DNA of 64,000 bases from the human T2T-CHM13v2.0 reference genome, Homo sapiens, in assembly GCF_009914755.1 (NCBI RefSeq), contig NC_060933.1, one strand, 5' to 3'. Below the pieces are notes generated by a model. That model saw only the letters and a list, made by a program, of their open reading frames with translations, made no database searches and was not told the DNA's origin. Every line of letters starts with the position of its first letter. The stretch's first letter is position 1. The position numbers and the translations under genes were made by a program. Of this stretch, positions 29,721-41,000 are shown piece after piece.

Positions 29721-30138
29721 CCCTGCCTCCTTCCCTGTCCAGATGCCCTCCCTTCCCTCCCCAACACTGACATCCAGGGCTGGGCCTCTACTGCCCAACC
29801 CCTCACACAAATGCCTTCCTTACCTCAGGATCCAACACACCAGCACTGGGCCACAGCTGCTGCCTCCCTTCTCACATGGATTCTTCTAGATCCTATTTGA
29901 GTTCTGACATCCCATGCTGAGCCTCTACCACCATGCTCCCACATAAACATCCTTCTCTCCCTCAGGCTCCGACACCCTGAGGCAGGCTGCTCCCTGGCTC
30001 AGATGCCTGCCTTGCCCTGCCATCCCTTCCACAAGGGTGCCCATTCAAGGTCTGATGAGCATGATGGGTCCATGGCCCAAACAGATATCCCAGTTACTCA
30101 CACCTTGGTCTCCCACACCCCATGCTTAGCCATCACAA

Positions 30139-30158
30139 TCTCTCTGTCTCTGTCTCTG

Positions 30159-30213
<55 letters not shown>
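30139..30213 (+). repeat. Compound (CT/CTGT)n-(CA)n microsatellite
   Basis: Directly visible; roughly 23 CA units. Confidence 0.97.
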
Positions 30214-30215
<2 letters not shown>

Positions 30216-31409
30216 AGAAGCCTATCTTGCTTCCCAACCTTCCCAATGACTTTTGGATGAGAGAAGGTTTCAGCCCTGGGGCAGGAGGTAGATTCTATTT
30301 CTTTAAATAAAAAATCTCTTCCTGTTCTAATCTGGTGACTAAAACCTTGCAAACAATTAAGCCAATTACAGGCAGATTTCCTATCATCTGTGTCATAATT
30401 CTTTTAACCAAAGGGGGAAGAAAAGAGTCCTGGGTTCAAGAGAAACAGACTCCAACTAAAACATGTTACTGATCTCAGTCCGACATCCCAAGAGGCAGAG
30501 TCCTGCTGAAGCAATCGCCCAGAGGAAAGGTTCACCAGTTTTACACGGTAATAATCCAATCTCCCATATGTGTAGGTTGTACCTACCCTTTTATAATCTT
30601 TCCCAAATCACATGTTTTAAAAAGTGTACTAAGTTCTTTGTTTTGCTGAGTTTTTTTCTCTTTTTTTTTTTTTTTTGGACTGGAACATATGGAGGGAAAA
30701 AATGTGAGTCAATCTCCAATTCAAACCTGTTAAGAGCCTACATATTATACAATTCTGTTTATTAAAGACACCTTTCAAATTTGAGTGAAAACCTGAATGT
30801 TTGACTAAAGGTAACTGTGAATCAGAAATAGATGAACAGACCCAAGGTGACCTCCTAACTCATTCATCAAAGAGTAATCCACTTCTTTTACGACAGAATC
30901 CCCTGACATCTAAGCTTCTTTTCACAGTGAGTGTAGTGATCAAGGAAGCCGTTTCTATTAGTTATTCCTTCCATTTACTGTGACCTCTGGAATACATTTG
31001 CCAGTGAGTAAATCTATCTCTAAAAAAATGATTTAGTCATTATACACACAATTTCCCCCTTTCCTCCAAAACAGCATTTCCCAAAGTGTGTTCCAGGAAA
31101 CACTGCTATCTCAGAATGCTAAGATTTATCACAGAATTAAAGGGGTTTGGGGCAAAACAAGATGGGAAGCACAGGCGACCCAGGTTTCTCCAATGCAAGA
31201 CTTCGTAGAGCTTACATTAAATGAATCTTAAGGAGATGAAAATGAAACACAGCTTTCCCTTCCCTGGACCCCAGTGTGGCTGAACTGGCACCCTTTTCAT
31301 GGACCATTTCTCAGAACTAACACTCAAATTGCTCAGAACGTTCAACAGAAAAAAATTAAGGGAAATTTTTCCTTAACGTTTAATAATAATGGATCACTTT
31401 AATTAAAAA

Positions 31410-31930
31410 TCTTAGGCCATTTACAAAAAGAAAAATATAAGACATTAGATATATAGACAAATATCCAACTCATTAATAATCAAAGAAATGCAATTAAAAC
31501 AATGAGACTTTTTTACTTGTCAAACAACAAATTCAACAAATGATCCTGATGAGAGTATCGTGACCCAGGCACTCTCTTACATTGCTGGTAAAGGGTATCC
31601 TTTAAGAAAACAGCAGAATTATTTTGGAAAGCAGTTTGACAAATGTTTTAAAAATGTTTATGTCCACTGATCTTACAGTGGCCCATCTGGGATTCTCCTT
31701 TTAAGGAAACAATCCAAAATGAAGAAAATGCTTTACCCTCATAGATGCGAATGGTTACACTTCTCATAACAGTAGAAAAATCCCAAACAATTAACAATTT
31801 CCAATAATAGGAAAATGCTTTGGTAAATCAAGGTACATGACAAAATGCTATGCAGCCATGAAAAATATTTATAACATTTTTAATAGTGTGGGAGGCATGC
31901 TCATTATAATGGTATCTGAAAATGTGGGCT
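31410..31930 (+). mobile_element. Old L1ME-like fragment
   Basis: aactcattaataatcaaagaaatgcaattaaaacaatgaga...ggcactctcttacattgctggt. Confidence 0.65.
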
Positions 31931-32538
31931 ACAAAAATCTACATAAAGGTCCAACTGGCCTTTGACATCCATGGAAGATACCTTACCTTACCACTTCTTC
32001 CAAAAGTACAGCAAGGTACAGATGAATTTTTAACGTCATTTTCAGACCCCTACAAAAGTTACTGTAAAAGCACCACAAAGCTTTATTGAAATGGGAACTC
32101 AGGACAGCTGGGTAGGTCACTTGCTGGTTAAGTGTTTTACTTGCAAACCCCAGATCTGCAGCATGACATGAGCAATTCAGATATGTGCCTCAGCAAAATT
32201 ATAATTTAATACATGTCACAAACTTTCCGGGCTGCTTGGGAATATTAGAAATTGAACATTAACTCTGTGAACGTTAAGGGTCTATTTATCATTTCTTTAA
32301 TGCAAAGAAAAACTTAAAAAAGAAAACAACCCAAAATGCTAGGAATATTTATTTTAGGGAAGGGAGTGGGGCAAATTAAAAGTGATTTTCTTTTCCTTCC
32401 TATTATTTTCTGAATTTCCCAAAATTCCTATAATGGGCATGCATCACTTTTTTGGTAAAATATAAGGCATGTTTTACTTTTTCATCATAAAAATTAAAGC
32501 TTATTTGTTTAAAAGAATTATTTTAAAAAGGTAAATAC

Positions 32539-32608
32539 CTGTCTTTTTGTCGTGTAATCTGCCAGGATGTTAAGCAGCTTATAAAATACCTCGAACCAGG
32601 GGAGATAG
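32539..32608 (-). CDS. DENND1A: DENND1A coding exon (probably exon 6), 70 nt, phase 2 to 0: (S)YLPWFEVFYKLLNILADYTTKRQ
   Basis: Minus strand ttcttcctccAG|CTATCTCCCCTGG...AAAAGACAG|GTatttac; open frame continuous with the next exon. Confidence 0.97.
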
Positions 32609-33089
32609 CTGGAGGAAGAAGAGGAAACACATGAAATATTAGTATGCAGGTCAAAAACTTTAACCAGGATCTAATTCAAGACTGATACATTTCAGTTTTG
32701 CTCTACATCCTGAAGAGTCTTCCTGTCACAGACTGGTGGAAACACAAACTGGCGAAATGCTAATTATTTCTGAGAGTTTAAAAAATTGCCTGTGCAAGGC
32801 AGAGGATTAAATGTCCATTATAAATTATTCCCATGCCTCAGAGCTAGAACAGTTCACAGAGAAGAAATTCAAAGCCGACTCCACAATCAGGCACCATCTC
32901 TGAGAAGTCCCCTGGCCTCTCCCAGCACACCCACCCTTTCCAGGAAAGCTTCTATTCAGTTTCTCATGATGGGACAGACACAGACACAGACACACACACT
33001 GACACACACACAGCATTCCCACTGCAGGCATCTGCAAAGGGTCCCAATGCCCCCATGAGCCCAAAGCCATCCATGTTGCTGCAACAGAC

Positions 33090-34105
33090 ATTCTACCCAT
33101 CACACACCATCTCTCTATCTACTTCAAGATGAGTTCCACTTCCCCATCCCCACTGCCCTCCACCAGGTCCTGGCCATTGCTCCCCTTCACTCAGAGCAGA
33201 CTGGCTGCTGACCTCAGTCCTGTGGTCCACTCTGTGTGGCTTGTTTTTTGTTTGTTTGTTTGTTTGTTTTGAGATGGAGTCTCACTCTGTCACCCAGGCC
33301 GGAGTGCAGTGGCATGATCTCGGCTCACTGCAACCCCTGCCTCCCTGGTTCAAGTGATTCTCCTGCCTCAGCCTTCTGAGTAGCTGGGACTACAGGTGTG
33401 CGCCACCATGCCTGGCTAATTTTTGTATTTTTAATAGAGACGGGGTTTCACCATACTGGCCAGGCTGGTCTCGAACTCCTGAACTCAGGTTATCTGCCTG
33501 CCTCGGCCTCCCAAACTGCTGGGATTATAGGCGTGAGCCACCTGGCCACGGCTCTTAGAATGGTTTTTCTAAAATGCAAATCTCCATCGCACATTGTACT
33601 TAATTGCTGCAATGATGTCCGTCACTCCAGGATCCAGTCCACATTTGTTAGGATGGACTTCTGGGGCTCTTCACTGCCAGGCCCTTGCCCACTTTTCTGG
33701 TTGTCCTCTGTCTACTTCCTCATAGATATGCTCCCCTCACTCCTCTCACTCCGGAACGTCCTGGTATCTTTGAGCCTGCCTGGGCTTACATACACTGGGC
33801 CCTTTTCTCCCAGACCTCTGTGGGTCTAGTCTAGCTGATTTCTACTCATCCTCCTAACTGTCCCTCACCCCCTCCCCATCCCCACTTCATGTGCCCTAAT
33901 TCTCTCTTTTCTGTGCTGCCCTGGTCATGAGAATGCTGCTCTCAGAACATTCCCCACATGATGCAGTCCTCAATGGCATGTCTGTTTTCTCAACAGACCA
34001 CATGCAAACAGAGAGGAAGGGGCCTATCTTTCTTCACTTTGTCTTTCCGGTGCCAAGAATGGCACCTGGCACACCGTCAGTGCTCAGCGTTTACTGAGCA
34101 AATAA
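33090..34105 (+). mobile_element. L2 fragment interrupted by an Alu
   Basis: Ends gcacctggcacaccgtcagtgctcagcgtttactgagcaaataaa (L2 3' end). Confidence 0.65.
33241..33547 (-). mobile_element. AluS with (TTTG)n tail, about 630 bp upstream (in transcription) of the 70-nt exon
   Basis: Full antisense dimer. Confidence 0.95.
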
Positions 34106-35211
34106 AGCCAGACAAAGACTGACGGCAAGGGTGCACGCATCCTATGGAATTGTTGAAAAGTATCCACACCCCCAAGCAGTTTTGCCACTTACTTTCAACG
34201 GCTTTGTTCTCTAGAAGGAAATTTTCCAAAGCTACATCTAACAGCAAGCGAGAAGAAGGTTGTACCAAGCGCTTGCCGGCCTGGTCATGTCTGCCCTGCT
34301 GTGCTAACAGAGTCCAATACCGACAGATATGGACACGAGGTAGCGCACAGATGTGATATCCTGCCAGGGAGAGGGGAATCAGCACCCTGTACAGATTACC
34401 GGCTGCGCCACTGAGGGTAATAAATGAAGTGAGAGGCAACAAAGAGAACAGATAAAGTGCACAGTCCTCTGTCATTAACGTCTGTCTAAAGCCAGCACAT
34501 GCTACTGTAAAATTTAAGTAGCTTATCAAAATATACTGATAAGCAACTTAACTTTTCACTTCTATGACAGTATTATCACTTATGTTAATATGTTTCAATC
34601 AGCCCTGGCAGCTGCATATTGACTATTACATAGCAAATGACTGCTGCCACTTTGCACAGCATTTACTTTGGCAGAGTAATGTAAACATTCAAGAGGGATT
34701 AGGGAGCAGATAAGTTTCTCCTTTCCTATTCTGTTAAATAAACCTCGGCCGAGTTAAAAGCCATTATAGTATGAACGAGAAATCCCCTCAGAAGAAAACT
34801 CTTGCACAGATTAGACGACTCAGTAAACAAATTTGACCAAGGATTACAAATTTTTTTTTTCCTGAAAGCAAAATACCACTAGTTAAATCCAGCCACTGAA
34901 AGTCAGGAGGCAGGGGGGAAAAGGCAAGAAGGGGAAGTAGAATCTTGCAAGAAAACTGTGACTTCAAGTAAACAAGAGAAAAACTGAATCATTTTAGAAA
35001 TATTTGGTGAAGTGATATGGGGCAGGCTGGGTGCTCTGACAGTTTAGGACTACAGAATCCATCGAAGTAGTTTTGGATGAGTAGGTTCAACTGACCAATG
35101 TGGCTTGGGCACAGAAGCTCCAGCCTCCAAGTTGTCACCTGCTGTGAGGATGAAGGAGGTGACGTGGGAAGGAGCTCCTAGCCTACTATAGATGGCACCC
35201 TGGTTCTCACA

Positions 35212-35239
35212 CTCAGCCTCAGCCTCAGCCTCAGCCTCA
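35212..35239 (+). repeat. (CTCAGC)4.7 hexamer tandem repeat
   Basis: ctcagcctcagcctcagcctcagcctca. Confidence 0.95.
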
Positions 35240-36303
35240 CCAAGTCAATTCTTTTTGGCTATGCTAAGCAGAACCACTGGCCACAAGAAGTTTTGCAGTT
35301 ACCCTGGAAATCAGCCATTTCTTTCTCCCTTTGGCCTGACCGGACACAACTGTTCCCCACATGTTGTCCCCTGTACACTCACAGATGAATATCTAGTGAT
35401 GGCAGTGTTAAGGTTTTGAAACCGAAACCCAGCTGTCTTCTTCTTCAAAGGGCCCCTGTTTTCCCCTGTTGGGAGGCCAGGGTTCACAGCGGAGCTCTAT
35501 CCAGCGGCGTTTCCTGTCCTGCTTCATTAGAGCCGCCACAACAGCTTGCGCGGCCTGCTAGGCTGCAGGTGAGGCTGCAGGGACCCTGCACTCCAGTCTG
35601 CGTGTGTCTGTCATCATTGAATAAACAATCCTTCCCAGTCCAAAGACAGAAACAAACACTCTAGTACACTGCACCACCTTGGACATCTAACGGGGTGCGA
35701 CCATCCGTGGTCCGCCTCTGCCTGCTGCCTTTGTGTGACGGCTTGAGTCCCCACTGCGGAGTACCACAGTTGGGACTATGGTGGGCTCTGTCCAAGGCTG
35801 TGGCACAAAGGGTCCTCCTGCACTCAAGAAAGCTATGGTCCTCATCAGAAAGAGACACACCCACAACAGAGTAACAGTTTGGGTGGAAGGAGCTGGAAGT
35901 CCTTCCCAAGTGCTTTATTTAGTTTAGGCTTTCGGACTGATGTAGAAGATGATCATGGAGCATCATCATGACCCAATCAGAAGACAGAGAAAAGCGAAAA
36001 GGAACAGCCTGCTCCCCAGGCACCTGCCTGGATCCAGGCTTCTCTCCCTTCTCACCCACTGTGGCTCAGGTAACTCTGTCCCAGGCTCTACCCTCACTCC
36101 CAGGCCTGAGAGTCAAATGGAGAGGCTTGTGTTTCATATGAGGTAATAAGTTTTAAACTTGAGAAGTTTCCTCCACCCACTGCCTTCCCGATCCGGGGTC
36201 CCACCGGCCCTTGTAAGGAGGGCAAGGGCAGGTTCTAAAGACAGCACTTATGGCAGCAACAGCCCATAGTCAAAATCACCCTGAAAAAGCCCTTAAATTA
36301 CCT

Positions 36304-36316
36304 CCAAATATGGCGG
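36304..36316 (+). promoter_or_regulatory. Overlapping CArG (SRF) box and YY1 site
   Basis: CCAAATATGG fits CC(A/T)6GG and overlaps AATATGGCGG (YY1 AANATGGCG). Confidence 0.4.
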
Positions 36317-37339
36317 ACATGGTCTGTGTAAACACAAAGTAGTTAACCTGAGTTGTGGGGTCAGGCTGAATGACAGCATCCTGCATCTAAATCTGTCGAC
36401 CGGGTGAGCTGCTGGCTCTTGAGCTGAACTGAGAGCAGAGGACTGCCTTTTCTAATCTCACTCCACTTGGGATGATAATCACTCCAACTGGTGAGTTTGT
36501 GTACACGTGGATGACTGGCCTTGTGTAAGTTCAGCGTGAATATAAAGGGATTCCACTTCTTTAAGTATTAAAACAGAAAACCATTAAAAAATTTTAAGAG
36601 CTCTCCGACACCTCTTTCTACTAGTTCAGTTCAAAGCTATGAGATGGGACCAGGCAAGGTAGGTATGGAAGAGAGCAGGGGACAGGGATGGTGGGAGAGG
36701 CTGACCAAGTCGAGGAAGGCAGCAACCACCTGGGAGAATGCTGGTCCACAGCAGGACATCAGACTCAGGTGAGGGGAGGAAGCTGTCCTCCCGAAGGGGC
36801 AACCTGGTGTTAGAGTCCAAGTGGGAGGAGAAGGGTGTCCCACTGAGGGGTCATTGGGCATAGTGTGCTGGGGCCCAAGCAGAGTGAGGGGCCTAGTAAG
36901 GGAAAGTCAGCGTCTGAGCAGGATGAGGAGGGAGTCTCATGGGGGAGGCCTGACTTGGAGTTTCATGACTCAAGGGGGCAAGGAGGGGTTAGACCTGGCA
37001 TGGGATAAAGACAGCATCTATGTGGAGTGGAGGGCCTGACCAGCAATGGTATTAGAACCCAGAAGAGTACAAAGAACATCTGGAAGGCAGTTCAATGTGG
37101 GATGTCAGAGCCTGAGGGGTGGGAGGGCTTCCACCAAAGTGGGGGTCGGGGGAGGGGAGGGAGGCGAGGCAGAGTCCATGTGGTTGAGAATGCTGTCCGT
37201 GATAGGAAGGGGCAGCAGCAGCTCTGCCTAAGGTGCCACAGTTCAAACAGTAGCACATGCTACTGTAAAAACAGGGTGAGGAGGGTGGCGCTGTGTAGGA
37301 AGGGGGCTGCAGCAGAGGGCCACTGGTTACAAACAAGGA

Positions 37340-37830
37340 ACAGATCAAGACTGACCAAGCTGGTAAATATATAATGGGAACCAGGTATCTTACTATCAGA
37401 AGAGAGTTACAAATCCAGTTAGGGAAAGAATGAGAATGAACCCCACGGTGTCAAACTGGAACTGAATGTAACTGTGGGGCATCATGATGTTCAGTAGACA
37501 GGTAGGAAAGTAGAGACAGATAAAATAAATAGAAATACAAATCTATGTACATACATACCTTCCCTAGTTTTAGTCACTGAGAAGGCCTGGAAGCAGAGAT
37601 ATCCCAATTATAATGAGCACACTTAGTGCCCAGATATTGGTTTCTAAATACTATTCTCCAGTAATAGGAACCTGGGCTCCTTGAAAAAAAATGTCTGATT
37701 CCAGGGCTGGGGCTGGGAAATGCTGTGTTGGGTTAGGAAAAAAAAAAAAAAATAGCAGTGCTCAACACATGATCAGGACATATCAACAGGACACGAAAGC
37801 CAGTGAGGAGGGGCTTCCACTGACAAAATC
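37340..37830 (+). mobile_element. L1MC-like 3' fragment
   Basis: gtgcccagatattggtttctaaatactattctccagtaataggaacc, the sense version of the motif near 29380. Confidence 0.75.
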
Positions 37831-40569
37831 TGCATGACAGGCAGAAGAAAGCGCATGAGCGATGGCTTTAGAACCAGGTGGGAAGTAATTCTTTCCCCTC
37901 ATCTTGACCTCAGCAGAGCCCAGTGGATTTCAGCCTTATCAGAACCAGCATCTACTTTGCTATCCTAAAAACAAAATCTTAATGTAATCTAGTCATTCAC
38001 AAAACCAAAATAATGCTCTGGCTCTCCTATAAAAGAGAAATAAAAATAAAAGTAATTTGCAATAAAATTTTAGGATGTAACACTCAGGCACCATTAGAAT
38101 AGATGATACAATGAAGCAGTGCCTCCCGGGGGAAGACTTGCGGCAGAGCTGCTTGTGTTCATGTCGGGACTGATGAGTTTAAAAGTAACATGACACAGGG
38201 TCTTTCAGTTGCTTTTGGTGACTTGCTACTGTCTGAGGAGCTCCTGACATTCCATGTTGAATACCTGAGGAGAGGTATCCCTTTCTTTCTGTCAGCAGAT
38301 TTTGCCAACGTGTTTCCAATGGCAAAGCATCCCTTGGTTAAGACCATTCAGCACTCAATATTTAAAGCCTTCCTATTAAAACAAAACAGAACAAAACAAA
38401 AAAACCTCCTCCCCAATGTTAAAAAGCAGAGCAGCATGGCACATGCTGGGGAGAACACTGGCTTGAGTCTGGTAACCCCGAGTTTGAATCTTAGTTCTGC
38501 TCCTTTCTAGATGTGACACCTCGAGAAAGCGGTCTTCCCAAAACTCAGTTTCCTCCTCTATGAAAAGATATACACCACCTGCTAATGTACCTGATGGACA
38601 TGACAGCCACCAATCCAGAACACGCTTCCTGTCCCCCTTGGCAATCTCAGCTTTGGGAATCTCTCTTTGATTCCTGGTGTCTGGGTCAGAGGCTCCTCCA
38701 GAATTCTACAGAAATTCCTCATACCATGTGGTCAACCAGAATGGGCAGGAAAACAGAAGCTCTTATAAGAGGAAAATACTCACCAACAATGTGACTGCTT
38801 CAAACAACATGACCCTTCTCCACCCTTCCAGTTTCCAGACAATACGTCCCCTATCCACCCTTTCAAGTTTCACCTAGCATCTATCCCTGCTCCTCTGTCT
38901 GTATCTCAGCCAAACATCTATAATAAAATGCAAATTTGCCATGAACTAAAACTACAACTCTTGCAAAGGAGACTGGATTTTATGAAGCCCATGTTGGACA
39001 TGCTGGATACCTGCACAGAGTTGAGGCAAAGTCACTGACAAATGAAGACCTGGCTGTATTAGACCACTTAACAAGACATGAAGAGAAAAATCAAGAAAAA
39101 CAAGGATAGTAACACAACAGTCACATCAAAAGAAAATGATTTCAATATGAAAGGATAAAAGAGACCTTCGGGAAACTGAAGTCCTCAAATACTTTTGGAA
39201 AAAAATGACTCCTTTTATGATTATGCTGTGAAAGTCAACTATGAACTGTTATTAAGTCAGAAAAATTATAACCTCCTCTCCCCACAATACTTGATGCATT
39301 ATTCTTTCTAAGAATTACTGCATTGTTGGAATTAAGAGACAGAGTTTGTTGAGGTAAATTTATACTTTTTTATACTTTTTCTAGATAAAATCCTAACCTT
39401 TTCCTCATTTTTACTATGAGCTTTTGGTCCCCATTTAAATTGATGCATTTTATTCCCAGAATATGAAGACCTCCTGGGCTTACTAGACATTAAAACTCCC
39501 CATCGTTTATAATACGTGCTTGTTTGCCTGTCTTCTCCATTGGTGTCAACTCCATGAGATCAAGGACGGTGACTGTGTATTGACTATTTAACCCCTAATT
39601 ATTCCTGGCACATGTGAGACATTCAATAAATCATAGCTTACCTTGACAGACGTAACTCATCTCTATAGGTTCTATTAAGGCCATTAATTACCACTAGAGC
39701 TACAGAGTAACAGTCAACCAACTCTAGTCGGGACGTGGGGATCCAAATTTAGCAGGCAGCATTTGGGTTTGGAAAATGACCTGGTTTTTAAAAAACAATT
39801 CCTGCAAATGTCCTGCTGGAGTCTGGGATAAATAATGAGTATAGAGCAAGTGATTATTCAAAGTAGATCAAGGAATACTTACAAACAAGATTTCTTGCCC
39901 TTTGCCCATCTCCTCAACACAAGTAAACCCCACCATCTACTCTTTTTGTTCCCATTTCAATTGCTATGTAAAAAGTTCACAAAACCAGGCTGATGACAAT
40001 CATCTGAAAACCTAATTTTTCAAGCACACGTGAACCCTTAAAATTGTTCAAGAATCCTCTAATCTGCAGTGCCACAGGCCTCCTGTTGCCCACCCCCTCC
40101 AGTCTGCTCCAAACATTTTTCCTCTTCTGTCCCTCTCTTCAGAAGATACTCTTCTCTCCAAACGCACCAAAGAGAAAAGCTTTCACATGAGCTCTTCCAC
40201 TCCTATACTTCTCATTCCTTTCCCTCTCCCTCCTAACTCGAGGTGAGAAGGAGGAAAGACCCCAGAGCCCAACTGCACTGCCTTCTGTAAGACACATCTT
40301 CTCCCCTATTATACTCAGCCAGCAAGCATTCCCACCTTTAAGCACAACAGAAATCACTCATGTGTGCTGGTCTATGATTCTCAAACCACAACCTTAGCAC
40401 CAAGGTTATATGTGGTTCCTCCCTAAGGGAAAAGCACACCTCATCTTCCTGAGATAACCACATTTAGCTTCAATGAACATTTTTACAGAATTTAAAACTG
40501 AGACGTTTCCAGTCCAAACATCACACATTTCTAGATGATTCATTTTTCAAATGTTCCATCAATGGCATC

Positions 40570-41000
40570 TACCCACATATTTTCCCATGCTTATTAAGAC
40601 CCACCAGTATATGCCTGGCCCTCTGCTAGGTACATGGGGGAATAAGGCCCATGTCTCAGTATCTGGGGAGCTCACAGTCTAAAGAGGAAAGCAGACACAC
40701 TGGCAGATAATGTCAGCAGCACTGGGTCAGTGCTTTGATAGAGGTTCACAAAGGGAACACAGAAGAGATTCTAGAAAGTCTTCCAAGAGGAAGTGACACC
40801 TCACTGATCAGCTTGACACTGATTGCAAAGTCAGGAGACCCACCTGGGTTTGAGTACCAGCTCTGTTACTTACTGGCTGTGGCCTGAGCCATGCTCTTCC
40901 TTCCCTACATGTGAAATGGGAATATCTACCCTCACATGGTTCTTTTGAGGCTGAAACATATGTAAATGCACCTATCACAGTGCCTGAAACTGAGTACAAT
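40570..41000. mobile_element. L2 fragment (minus) followed by MIR (plus)
   Basis: gagctcacagtctaaagagg...; acctgggtttgagtaccagctctgttacttactggctgtg. Confidence 0.65.

Noticed and set aside
31978-32050. Tandem donors GTAAG-GTAAG-GTAT on the gene strand
   Set aside because: No pyrimidine tract for a ratchet point and no evidence of use; probably a 5-bp slippage repeat.
39642-39699. Possible 58-nt poison exon (ctgtAG ... AAG|GTAAGC)
   Set aside because: Weak pyrimidine tract; such pseudo-exons are expected by chance in long introns.
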